From Mobula hypostoma (lineage: Eukaryota), in the NCBI RefSeq assembly GCF_963921235.1, contig NC_086108.1:16988001-17052000 (forward strand): a stretch of 64,000 nt of DNA. The letters run 5' to 3'. This document shows positions 25,690 to 37,109 of the stretch, one piece after another. The notes beneath the pieces are model-generated. The model saw nothing but the letters and a program-made list of their open reading frames with translations, did not search any database and was not told the DNA's origin. The position numbers were made by a program, and so were the translations under genes. Each line of letters opens with the position of its first letter. Positions within the stretch are counted from its first letter, which is position 1.

Positions 25690-27150
25690 CATAGGTATGA
25701 ATGAAACACAGAGGCCTTAGGCTCCACTCCTGACAAACCTGCTGACAAATGTACAATCTCTGGAAAATAAAATTCAAGACCTCAGAGCAAGATTGCAATA
25801 CCAGAGGGACATCCGGGACTGCTGTGTACTTTGGACGTGGCCCAAGTGCGGAGTGAGAGACACCAAACCAGGTCGATAGTTCACAGCTTTAATGCGAACA
25901 ATGTTAAAGGGAAAAGAAAACAATAAGCGCTGGGCCAAACAGGCCGTTAACTAAAACTCTCAAATGGAAAGACTGGTGATCCAGAACCATACAAGATGTC
26001 TGAGTATGACCTAAGGAAATCTATTTCAAGAGTGAACAAACAATTCAATTGAACTTAGAGACAAAATTGGATGTATGTCAGCTCTGACAGGGTTTGCGAG
26101 CCATTATTTCCTACAAAGTGAAACCTAACATCATAATTGGCTGTGATGCTTCACTCCCAGGTGAGCTTAACATCTTTATGCACGCTTTGAAAGGCAGAGT
26201 AAAACTATACCTGTGTGCAGCCTCCAGTGATCCTGTGATCTTTGTCTTGGAGGCTAAAGTCAGAGCATCTTTCAAGAGGGTGAATCCTTGCAAAGCATCA
26301 GGCTCTGATGGTATATCTGATAGGGCCAACCAACTAGCAATTGTGTTCAAGGACATCTTCAATCTCTCTCAGCTGCAGCTGGAAGTTTCCACCTGCTTCA
26401 AAATGACATCATTCATACTAATGCTCAAGAAGAGTGGAGCAAGCTGCCTCAATGATTATCACTCAGTTGCACTCACATCTACGGGTGATGAAGTGCTTTC
26501 ACAGATTTGGTCATGGTCAGAATCAGCTCCTGTTTAAGTAAGGACATGGATGTGCTGCAATTTGCCTATTGCCACAATGGGTGTACAGGGGATGCAATCT
26601 CACTGGCTCTCCACTCGGCCTTGGATCACCTAGATTATAGCAATACCTACCATCATACCCTCAGTACTATTCACCAAGGTCCAGAAGTTGGGCTTCTGTA
26701 CTTCCCTCTGCAACTGGATCCTTAACTTCCTCATTGGGAGACCACAGACTGTGTGGATCGGAAATAACATCTCCTCTTCACTGACTATCAACACTGGTGC
26801 ACCTCAAGGTAGCGTGGTTAGCCCACTGCTCTACCCTCTCTACACCCACAACTGTATTGCAAGGTACAGCTCAGACACCATCTATAAATTTGCTGGACAC
26901 AACTATTTTTGGCAGAATTTCAGATGGTGATGAGGAGATGTACAGGAGCAGGATGGATCAGCTGGCTGAGTGGTGTTGCAACAACAACCGTGTACTCAAC
27001 ATCAGTAAGAGCAAGGAATTGGTCGTGGACTTCAGGAAGGGGAAGTTGAGGGAACAGCAGTGGAAGGGTGAGCAGCTTCAAGTTCCTGAGTGTTAACATC
27101 TCTGAAAATCCCCAATATATTGATGCAATCACAAAGAAGGCATGACTACA
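25690..27150 (+). mobile_element. Rex1/Babar-type LINE remnant (endonuclease start, then RT), internally deleted
   Basis: LTNVQSLENKIQDLRARLQYQRDIRDCCVL at ~25740-25831; ORFs with [46 protein letters not shown]. Confidence 0.85.
25833..25970 (-). mobile_element. Gypsy LTR fragment, same family as 35555-35721
   Basis: Close match to 35568-35706 (TGGCCCAAGTG...ACTAAAACTCTCAAATGGAAA). Confidence 0.85.
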
Positions 27151-27151
27151 G

Positions 27152-27490
27152 CTGGTGGGGTAGATAATCAGAGTGTTTTTCTTAGGTCATGGAGTTTGGA
27201 ACAGAGGCCAAAGATTTTAGGTGAGAGTAGAAAAATTTTAAAGGTACCTGAGGGGTACAATTTTCACATGGAGAGTGGTGGTTATCTGAAACAAGCTGCC
27301 AGAAGAATTAACAGTGGCTGATATGATAACATCATTTAGGAGCACATTTAAAGACAGCGTGCTTAAGATAGGAAGGATATAAAGTGATAAGGGCCAATTG
27401 CGGGTATATGGGATCAGTGTAGATAGGCATCATGGTTGGCATGGACGATGTGCACCAAAAGAGCTGCTTTGTTTACTATAACACTACATA
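27152..27490 (+). mobile_element. Degenerate CR1 3' fragment
   Basis: Collinear similarity to CR1 3' ends elsewhere in the window. Confidence 0.6.
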
Positions 27491-27900
27491 TATGCTATTG
27501 CTATCTGACTTCCCACACTGCATTATCTTGCTCTTGTCAGGATTAAATTCCAACCACTCTGACCAACTTTCCATTTGATCTTACTCCGTCTGTAGCCTTC
27601 AACAACCTACTTAGTTGTACTCTACCCCAGTGCTACTCAGCAGAGGTGTGCTTGGTAGAGATAGACCAGTCTCAGCAAATACTGCACTAATAAAGTGACA
27701 GACTGCTCTTTATGGTCACTTTAACTCAGTTTTATATCTTGGCATATAATTTACTTTTATTCAGTGATAGACTTCATCCTATCGGTTTTGCACCTCAATT
27801 TTCTTCAGTGATATACATTATCATAGCAGTAGCTTTTAGTGATATATTAGTTCCCAGCTGTATCCCAGTATTAGATTGATTGATCTGTCTCTACCAGAAC

Positions 27901-28157
27901 CACGGTAGCGTAAATATCAGCGCAGTTCGGAATTCAATTGTTGTGTCCTCTGTAAGCAAGCTTGTAAATTCCTTTCCGTGTGCGCATGAGTTTCCTCTGA
28001 GGCTCTGCTTTCCTCCTGATGTCTAAAGATGTACTGGCTAGTAGGTTAATTGGTTGTTGTAAATTGTCCTGTGATTAGGTTGGGATCGGATTGGTGAGTT
28101 GCTGGGCGGTGCAGCTCGACGGATCAACTGTATCTCTAAATAAAACCAATAAATAAG
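27901..28157 (+). mobile_element. V-SINE-like element
   Basis: GTTTCCTCTGAGGCTCTGCTTTCCTCC core; GTAGGTTAATTGGTTGTTGTAAATTGTCC; AATAAATAA tail. Confidence 0.65.
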
Positions 28158-29633
28158 CTGCATCCTAGGATTGTACAATGATGAACCTGTCACCTTCAAG
28201 GCTGTACTCTATCTAAATGCTACATAGTGTTAGACCTGAACTCAGCCACACTCTATTCTAACATTAGTCAATGCAAACCAATGTCTAGCATTATTGTACC
28301 AGAATTGTATTCATTCTGCAACCTAATCTTATAGCACCAGACCCATCCCATATTGGATTGCAGTGTTAAAGTAATAGAGCTGTAATAATCGTAAATCTTC
28401 ACTCCAGTGCTGTAGTGTCTGTTTTCTAATAACCGAGCATTAACACTGCAAACTGTCCCCATATGTAGTGTTTCCAGTGTTATTGAATGACATACCATTA
28501 CCCTGCAACACAATGACAGGCCAGACCTCATCAGTTTTCTCATGCTGTGTTATTGTGACAGATCTGGACCTCCAGTGTTATGTGGTGATGGACCTGTATT
28601 GATCAGCATTGCATCAATGTTATAAAATAGACCTATGCCCAGCAGCAGAGTAGTGATGAATTAAACTGTGACAGCTCTGAATCTAGCAGTACTTTATTCA
28701 TGTATTAAATAGTGGCAGAATTATACTTCGTAATACTGTACACACATTATAGGATGACAGACCCAAACTCAGCACTACTGGTTCTGTGTAATACAGTGAC
28801 AGATTTACACCCAGCAGTACTATTCCCCAGTGTTATCAAGTGACAGAACTGTACGCAGCAGTGTTTACCTATATTATGCCATACAGACTTATCCCCATCA
28901 TGATATATCCTGGTGATAAAGTGACAGATCTGTACCCCTTATGAATGCTTTACCTGGTGGTATCACACCACAATTTTATAGTGATAGACCTATCCCTAAC
29001 ATTACGGTATTCCTGCATTACAAGGACAGATCAATCACAAATATTATTTTATCTCAGTATATAGTAACAGATCGGAATCAAGCACTACTGTAATTGTACC
29101 ACAGTTATAGTTCTATACTCACTAGTAGTATACCCCAGTGTTCTACAGTAACAGACCTGTACTCAAGTGATGCTGTATCATAACATGATATAGTGAAACT
29201 CCTCTATCTAGCAGTCCTTTATTCCGGTGTTAAACATTCAGACTTCTAGCCTTCAGCACTCTATCCCAGGAGTAAATGGTATCAGACAGGTGCCGAACAG
29301 TATTCTGTTCCACTGATGAGCAGTCATAAGCATGCACCCAGCAATACTGTGTCAGAATTGTACAGAAAAGATGTGTGTAGATCCGTATCACAACCCAGTG
29401 TTGTAGGAATTAGTTAGACTTTACAATGTTCCCAGTAAGACTTGTACTGAGCTGAACTGTACGTATGTTATACAATGACAGTTCCATCCCTTTCAGTAGT
29501 GTTTCCAGTTATTATGATTTATCTGTCCCATCAGTGCTGTGTTTTGGTGTTATATAGTGGCAGATATGTAGCAAACAGTACTATACCTGTGTTACAGTGA
29601 GGACAGTACCTACCTGTACTGTAACCCAGTGTT

Positions 29634-30015
29634 AGAATCAGAATCAGGTTTAATATCACTGGCATATATCCTGAAATTTGTTAGCTTTATGGCAGTAATA
29701 CAATGATAAATATTTTAAAAACCTGAGTTACATTAAGTATTTATATGACTATTGAATGGTTAAGTTAAAAGAACTAGTGCAAAATAACAGAAATAAAAAA
29801 GTAGTGAGGTAGCGTTCATGGGTTCAAAGTCCATTCAGAAATCAGATGGCAGAAGGGAAGAAGCTGTTCTTGAATCATTGAGTGTGTATCTTCAGGCTTC
29901 TGTATCCCCTTGCTGACGGTAACAGTGAGAAGAAAGCGTGTCGTGGGTGATGTGGGTTCCTGATGATGGAGGCTATTTTTCTGAGGCACCTCTTCTTGAA
30001 GATGTTTCGGATACT
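29634..30015 (-). mobile_element. Rex1/Babar-type LINE 3' end
   Basis: AGAATCAGAATCAGGTTTAAT tail on + strand; degenerate C-terminal coding DNA. Confidence 0.7.
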
Positions 30016-30639
30016 GACTATTTTTACCCAGACATACTGTTGTTAGTGTTATCAAAATAGACACACATCCAGCAGTACTGTACCCATCTTATACAGTATC
30101 ACAAAACTGTATTACACATAGTATTAAGTTTGAACTTCACCCAAAGATCATGCATTACCCAAAGGCTCAAGGGATACACTGATTTTGTTCATCGCAAACA
30201 AAAGACCCCATAATTATAAGATAGTAATTGAAACATGAACATGCAATGACAATCCCCTCATGATGGGTTGTTCTGTACAACCATAAATAGTGAGGTATTT
30301 AAATGTCAGCTTTATGCAATGTCAGTCACTTTATTGGTTGGCATCTCCTCATTTTTGGATTTATTCAAGTGGACTTGACAAGTTCTCTTTTGACAAATAT
30401 TTATTTTACTTCCATCGCAATGATGTCAGATAAATAGTTTTTACCTATTTGATGGTATTCACATTAGGAGATCCTTTATCTGAGGATCATCACAGCTGAC
30501 ATGATGTGTTAATTTCATTTTGTGGAGGAACTGACTAATACTTCTAAAAAAAACAGATGAAGTTAGTGAATGTTGTTTCAACATCCTTTTGTCTTTTCTT
30601 TCTTTACATAATTCCCTTCCTGTTCATCACAGAATGTGA

Positions 30640-30890
30640 TTATAGAACATTAAAACATAGAACAGAGAACAGTACTCAACAGGAACAGGCCTTTTAGCCC
30701 ACAATGTTTTGCCAAATCAATTCAATTCGTAATCAAATGGCCAACTAAGTTATACTGGAGAGATTTAGAGATTTTCCAAGATGTTCAGCATGAGGAGAGA
30801 CTGGGTTTGGAGCAGGGAAAGCTGATGGGAATTGACCGAGGTATGTAAAATTATGAGAGGCATGGATAGGGTGGGTTGTCGGAAACTGTG
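30640..30890. mobile_element. Small CR1 fragments (3' tail on minus, ORF2 C-terminal piece on plus)
   Basis: ACAGGAACAGGCCTTTTAGCCCACAATG; GAGGTATGTAAAATTATGAGAGGCATGGATAGGGTG. Confidence 0.55.
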
Positions 30891-31254
30891 ACAAATCCAT
30901 CCAAATAATACTGGAATGTAGGGAATGAACTGTTTCACAGTTATCTTCTGTGTGCTAAATGTGACTCGTGCTGCGTATGACTGCTGGTACTGTGGCCCCG
31001 GAATAACACTGTTTCGTTTGGTGATATTTATGGGTATTCATGTATGGCTGAATAACAATTAAACCTGAACTTGTTGCCACTTTGCCACTTCTACCATATC
31101 ATACTTGTTACAGCAGTGTCACACTTGTACCTACTTGTACATTATTCCAGTGTTGTTATGACAGAGCTGCTACCTCCAGGACTGTTGTATTCATCTTTAC
31201 TGTTGCTACAGTGATGCATCTGTATGCAGAAGGGCAATATCCCCGTGAGATAGT

Positions 31255-31675
31255 GATAGATAGATAGATAGACAAATAGACATACTTTATTGATCCTGAG
31301 GGAAATTGGGTTTCGTTACAGCTGCACTAACCAAGAATAGAGCATAAATATAGCAATACAAAACCACAAACAATCAAACAACAATATGCAAACTATGCCA
31401 GATGGAAATAAGTCCAGGACCAGCCTATTGGCTCATGGTGTCTGACCCTCCACAGAGGAGCTGCAAAATTCGATGGCCACAGGCAGGAACAACCTCCCAT
31501 GATGCCCAGTGTTGCATCTCGGTGGAATATGGCCGGAGTCCAACAGCAAAAAGTTCAATATCCGGGCTACAAACACATTCCTTGATCGTAATATGACCAG
31601 GATTGCACCATCTGTTGTTAACCAGAACAGCAAGCCCCCCTCCTTTATGCTTACCACTCACAGTGACAGGCGTAA
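31255..31675 (-). mobile_element. Rex1/Babar-type LINE with endonuclease segment joined directly to its 3' end
   Basis: SGKHKGGGLAVLVNNRWC...SPDIELFAVGLRPY fused near 31528 to the 3' end shared with 32555-32930; (TCTA)n tail. Confidence 0.8.
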
Positions 31676-31702
31676 GCTGGATTTGGTAGGCAAGGTTTGG
31701 GG

Positions 31703-31996
31703 TGACATGATAGCGAAGTGGTTAGCACAATGCTTTACAGTGCCAGCAACATGGATTCATTCCCCAATGCTGTCTGTAAGGAATTTGTACATTCTTTCCA
31801 TGACCGTGCGGGTTTCCTCTGGATGCCCTGGTTTTTTTTCCCACAGTACAAAGCTGTACAGCTCGATTAGTTATTTGGTCATTGTAAATTGTCCTGTGAT
31901 TAGGCTAGAGGTAAATTGGGAGTTTCTGGGCGGCATGGCTCGAAGGGTGGGAAGGGCTTATTCTGTGCTGGTATTCAATAAATAAATAAATAAAAA
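31703..31996 (+). mobile_element. V-SINE-like element
   Basis: A-box-like TAGCGAAGTGG head, GCGGGTTTCCTCTGGATGCCCTGGTTT core, (AATA)n tail. Confidence 0.75.
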
Positions 31997-32182
31997 TCCC
32001 AAGTGATTCAACAGGTATATTAAAAGTAAAAGGTGGCTAGCAAGAGAAAATGTCCTCTTAAAGATGTCTATGGCTGTCTGTGTGTGGAGCCAGAAGAGAT
32101 TTATGAGACTTTTAATGAATATTGGTCACCAGTTTTTACTGTTGGGAAACCATGGAAGCGTGGAAGTTGTGGTGCTGTGCTA

Positions 32183-32249
32183 CTTGTTACATACTCCTGT
32201 TAGGGTGCATTCTCCAGTTACCTTTTAAGGTAACCGTAGCCTTCATCCA
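32183..32249 (-). mobile_element. Isolated 67-bp 3' terminus of the HERO-like LINE
   Basis: 61 of 67 bases match 61680-61746 by manual alignment. Confidence 0.8.
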
Positions 32250-32552
32250 TACACTGTGATGTAATTTGGTTGATACTTTCTGAAAACCAGGGCTGTAACT
32301 AAATTCTTTGTTGACTTAAGTTTAATTCAAGATTGTTGGACCTTATTGCAGGAGATCTCATGTTAAATTTTCCATTTGTTTCCAATGTAAAATTATAGAG
32401 AATTGTTTTTATTTTTACAATGGTGTTACAAAACAATGCAAAAAACTGAACTGTTCATCTTATAGAATTTTTTGTGCACATGAAATTCTGTCTTTTATCT
32501 ACATAGGTGATAATCACATTGGAAAGAATGAACTTCAAAGATCATTATGTTG

Positions 32553-32932
32553 TAGTCATAGTGATAGTCATACTTTATTAATCCTGGGGGAAATTGGTTT
32601 TTGTTACAGTTGCTCCATAAATAATAAATAGTAATAGAACCATAAATAGTTAAATAGTAATATGTAAGTTTTGCCGGTAAATTATGAAATAAGTCAAGGA
32701 CCAGCCTATTGGCTCAGGGTGTCTGACCCTCCAAGAGAGGAGTTGTAAAGTTTGATGGCCACAGGCAAGAATGACTTCCTATGACGCTCTGTGATCTCGG
32801 TGGAATGAGTCTTTGGCTGAATGTACTCCTGTGCCCACCCAGTACATCATGTAGTGGATGGGAGACATTGACCAAGATGACATGCAACTTCGACAGCATC
32901 CTCTTTTCAGACACCACCGTGAGAGAGTCCAT
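32553..32932 (-). mobile_element. Rex1/Babar-type LINE 3' end
   Basis: DSLTVVSEKRMLSKLHVILVNVSHPLH...RSTFSQRLIPPR; 3' end similar to 31280-31528. Confidence 0.8.
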
Positions 32933-33317
32933 ATGTAATGATACATATAAATTGTTAGGTATATTAGCAAGTTGAATAAAACATAGAGTGTAAAATGATG
33001 GCAAGTTTAAAAGATGATGAGTTGCTGTTACTATGGAGCAGAACAATAAAGACACATTAAAAAATATCGTCTGAAAATTCATCCCTGGCCCCTAGCAGAT
33101 TTTCTCCCCTTTAGAGATTCAATTCTGTTGAAGTTATTGCTTTCATCATGTCTTTCAGGATACTGGCAGTTATCTTTGAATACAAGTAGTTTTCCTGCTG
33201 TGTCTCCTGCCCCATCTGTCATAAATTTCCTGGAGCAGCTCTGGTGTTTCAGGTCAATTGCTGGTAGGAATTGTGATCACATCAGGTTCAGCATTGAGAT
33301 ACAGCTAATGCAGTGAT

Positions 33318-33570
33318 ACTGTGGGGATAAGCTACCAATACCTATTAACGTTCCCAATGGTGTGCATCTGAAATAGCCTCTGACAATCAAGTCCAGCTCC
33401 TGGCCTTCATGGGTGGCTTAGTTATTAAACCCAGTAGAACTGACAGGAGGAGGGGCAAAGGCAGGTTACTGGCACCTTTAAACCAGTCACTTCAGGCAGA
33501 TGGGGCTCATCAGCCGTGGTTGGCAGCTCATCTTGGAGAAGGAAAACTTTAATCTCTAACCACTGCCTGA
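33318..33570 (+). mobile_element. Probable RTE-clade LINE 5' region or RTE-related non-autonomous repeat
   Basis: GGCAGCTCATCTTGGAGAAGGAAAACT resembles RTE/Expander 5' sequences; recognition only. Confidence 0.4.
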
Positions 33571-33579
33571 ATAGATTAG

Positions 33580-35721
33580 TGGTTAGCAAGCAAGCTCCCA
33601 ATATTGTGTAGCACATCATATGGAAGGTTAGAGCACAATGGTCGACCCTGACCAATGGAGGGTCTCAGATACTGTACAGCTGACCTGGATTTTTGACAGG
33701 CAGGGTCAGCAGCTGTTAATAGGAATGTACCTTTAACCCAAGCAGACATCATCCCAATAGGAGATCAGATTCTGAGGTCTATAATAGGCAAAAGGGCTTT
33801 CTTGGCATGCATAGGCATCATTAAAGCTAATAATTCGAAGTAATCTGACAGCTCTCCATGGAAAGCTTTAATTAATCTGCAACCAAAAATAAGCTTAGAG
33901 TTGCAAACAGTAATACTATACCCCACCATGTTTCCAGCTCATTGGGAACAATGTAGATCCTTCAGAGACCAATTGATCCATGGGTTATGTCGGGATAACC
34001 AGGGGAGACCAAGTACCAGTGGCAGTTCAGGTTAATTAACCAGAGAGAAAGACATTTCTTCATGGCGGATTTGGCCAGTTCCTGGAAGTCGACCATCCAG
34101 CGCCTTAAGGCTGATCTTTTCTCCTAATTTCTGAGTTGGAACTCTCCATCTTTGAGCGAGAGAGATGTCCATAAGATTCCTGGCTGCACCAGAGTCAATA
34201 AATGCCTTAAATTCATGGGTCTGAGACCTCCACTACATGGAAGCTGCAAGCATTACAGAATTAGGGGAAGCTGACTGAAGGGAGAACCAATCCGTCGGGA
34301 TTCCCCCTCCTTGCTGACGGGTGTTCTCTTTTACTGGACATTTGGAACATGCCACCTGGAAGTGTCCTGGATCACCACAATAGAGACAGGAACCTGCTCT
34401 TCGGTGCTGCTCTCATTCCTCCTGAGACAGGCGCATGCACCCCACTTGCATAGGCTGCTCCGTGGGCTGGGTGCTGGGTGGGGAGGGAGGGGGAGAGGGC
34501 TAGGAAAGACGGTGATTAGGTGAGGGAGAGGGTTAGGAAAGACGGTGATCAGGAGGCGCATAGGAAGTTTGAAACATTCTTTCCCTGCACCACTCAGTTA
34601 CCTGGTCATCAACTTGAGTAGCCAGATTAATCAGATCATCCAGACTATCCTGCTCATCCCGGCCCACGATCTCACACCGGACACTTGCGTTCAGTCCACG
34701 CTGGAAGGCAGTAGTGAGAGATCTCTCATTCCATCCTGTCTCTACTGAAAGGGTACGGAATTTGACTGTATAGGCTCTCACCGTTCCTCTGCCTTGGCGC
34801 AGGTCCAAGAGTCGGTGGGCAGCCTCCTGACCCTATGCTGAAAGATCAAAAACCCTCCTTAACTCCACCACAAAATGTCAGAATGACGGGGCTGCAGGGT
34901 ATCATTGCTCCCGTAAAGTGTTGAACAAGCTGAGTGGAGGTCCGTCAAGAAGATTGACCATGAATGCCAGTTTTTGTGCATCATCACCAAAATGACCAGG
35001 CTGGGCTTGGAATGTCAGCTCGCATTGGGTAATAAAATTCCTGCAACCAGCGGGATCACCAGAATATCTGCCTGGAGGTGGAATACTCGGTTCCTGTATA
35101 GTCGTGGGAGTTGACTCTGGTCTGGGCGTGGGAGAGGGAGCATCGGTAGCAGAGATTGTCGGGGCAGCAGAAAAGAACGCTCTGCGAAGTGCTACGAGTG
35201 GGACTGAGGCAGCCTGAAGCTGCTGAATTGACCTGCTAGAATGTTAATGGCTGTCAGCTGATGCTGGCTGTTCACAGTAAGTTCGTGGACGGTTGCCGTG
35301 AGTGCGGAAATTGTAGACACCTGAGTCCGATTGTCTGCGGTGAGCTGTTGAACAGTTGTGGCTAGGGACGATCCCTGTTCCTCTAAGTGAGACTGGGCTT
35401 GTCGGCACGAGGTTATCTGCCTCATTGCCTCCGTAACGTCACTGAAAACAGATTCCATTGCCTGTATCTTGTCTTCTACCTGACCAATGAATCTCACGGC
35501 CAAGGTCAGCTGCTCTCTCTCTGCTGGGTCCATCTTTGTGTGGTCAAGACTCACTGTTACCAGGTTCGGATATGGCCCAAGTGTGGAGTGAGAGACACTG
35601 AAGCAGGTCGATAGTTCACAAACGTTAATGCGAACAGTGTTAAAGGGAAAATAAACAATAAACGCTAGGCCAAATAGGGCTGTTAACTAAAACTCTCAAA
35701 TGGAAAACAAAGCCTAAACTG
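33580..35721 (-). mobile_element. Truncated Ty3/Gypsy LTR retrotransposon (Sushi/PEG10-like): partial 5' LTR, gag, protease
   Basis: LTR end TAACA at 35555; gag start MDPAERE; GDPAGCRNFITQCEL; LRQGRGTVRAYTVKFRTL; zinc knuckle CLYCGDPGHFQVAC (~34345-34390); protease AFIDSGAA (~34183-34206) and LGLPWLSRHNPWINW; frameshifted. Confidence 0.88.
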
Positions 35722-36180
35722 CCATCCCCCTACTAAATTAATTTAAACTCTCCACAACAGTTCTAGAAAAACTGCCTACAAGGTTATTGGTCCCCCTCAG
35801 GTTCAGGTGTAACCTGTCTGTTTTGTAAAGGTCATACCTTCCCCAGAAGATCCCAGTGATCCAGAAGCCTGAAACCTTGCCTTCGCACCAGTTCTCAGTC
35901 ACACATTCATCTGCAAAATCATCTTGTTCTTACCCTCACTGGTGCTTGGCACAGGCAACAATCTGGTGGTCTTTCTTTTCAGCTTTCTAACTAGCTCCCT
36001 AAATTCTCGTTTCAGGGCCTCCTTCCCTTTCCTACCTATGTCGTTGGTGCCAATATGTACCAAGCCTTCTGGCTGCTCACCCTCTCCCTTCAGAATGTTG
36101 CGGACCTGAATGTTGGCACCTGGCAGTCAACATGCCATCTGGGTGTCTCTTTTGCATCCACAGAATCTTATGCCTATTCC
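35722..36180 (-). mobile_element. CR1 ORF1 (SGNH esterase region) remnant
   Basis: Minus strand encodes LVHIGTNDIGR at ~36031-36063. Confidence 0.7.
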
Positions 36181-37109
36181 TCTCGCTATGGAGTGGACCT
36201 AATCGACATGACAAATGGGAAACTGAATAATGTTACTTTCACTTAAAAACCAAATCAAGCTGCAGTAAGCAGATAATGCTTGTGTTTGAATACATTCAGA
36301 ATCTGAGTACCAACTCAGTGTCGTCTCATGCACTCATGCATATTAAAGGATGGGGCTTATGCTCAACATCAGCAAACAAAACTCCTGTATCAGGCCTGTC
36401 CCTGTTCAACGTCAACTCCAACAATAAACGTCCATGATCTGGACATTTATTGGAAAAGAACTGCATTGCTCTGTGAAGGCAGAAAAGCAGACACTGATTT
36501 CATTGCTGTCTTCAGTGCACTCGTATTAACTTTGTTGTTCAAGGATAAGTGTCTGAAGATCAAGACCTCAAACCCTTCTGAAAGTTAATGGTCTGCCCAG
36601 CATCAAAAACAACTTCAGCCACCTGGGTTCAATTCTAAGTTCTGGTGCTGTCTGTGTGAAGTCTTAAAAAATTTATTCATTTATGGGATGTGGGTGTCGC
36701 CCGCTAAGCCAGCATTCATTGCCCATCCCTACTTGCCCTTGAGATGGTGGTGATGAGCTGCCTTCTTGAACCACTGCAGTCCCTGAGGTGTAGGTCCACC
36801 TATAGTGCTGTTAGGGAGGGAATTCCATGATTTTGAGCCCACAACAATGAAGGAATGGTGATATGTTTCCAAGTCAGGATGGTGAGTGACTTGGAAGGGG
36901 ATTTCCAAGTGGTGGTGTTCCCAGGTATCAGCTGTCCTTGTCCTTCTAGATGGTAGTGGTCGTGGGTCTGGAAGGTGCTGCCTTAGGAACTTTGGTGTGT
37001 TGTTGCAGTGCATCTTGTCGATAGTACACACTGCTGCAACTGTTCATCGATTGTGGAGGGATTGGATGCTTGTGGACAGGGTACCAATCAAGTGGGCTGC
37101 CTTGAACTC

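Larger units (their letters stand above)
27600..30120 (+). repeat. Ancient degenerate ~42-44-bp tandem repeat, approximate consensus AGTGACAGACCTGTACCCAGCAGTACTGTACCCCAGTGTTATAC, interrupted by a SINE and a LINE tail
   Basis: TGACAG-like anchors at 28755, 28797, 28841, 28922, 28982, 29024, 29065, 29149; recurring CAGCAGTACT and CCCAGTGTTA. Confidence 0.75.

Noticed and set aside
34484..34552. Short direct repeat GAGGGAGAGGG-TAGGAAAGACGGTGAT as a regulatory element
   Set aside because: A two-copy ~33-bp duplication inside the Pro-rich gag linker of the Gypsy remnant
34533..35554. Domesticated PEG10/RTL-like host gene
   Set aside because: Gag is broken by stops and frameshifts and is still attached to a multicopy LTR
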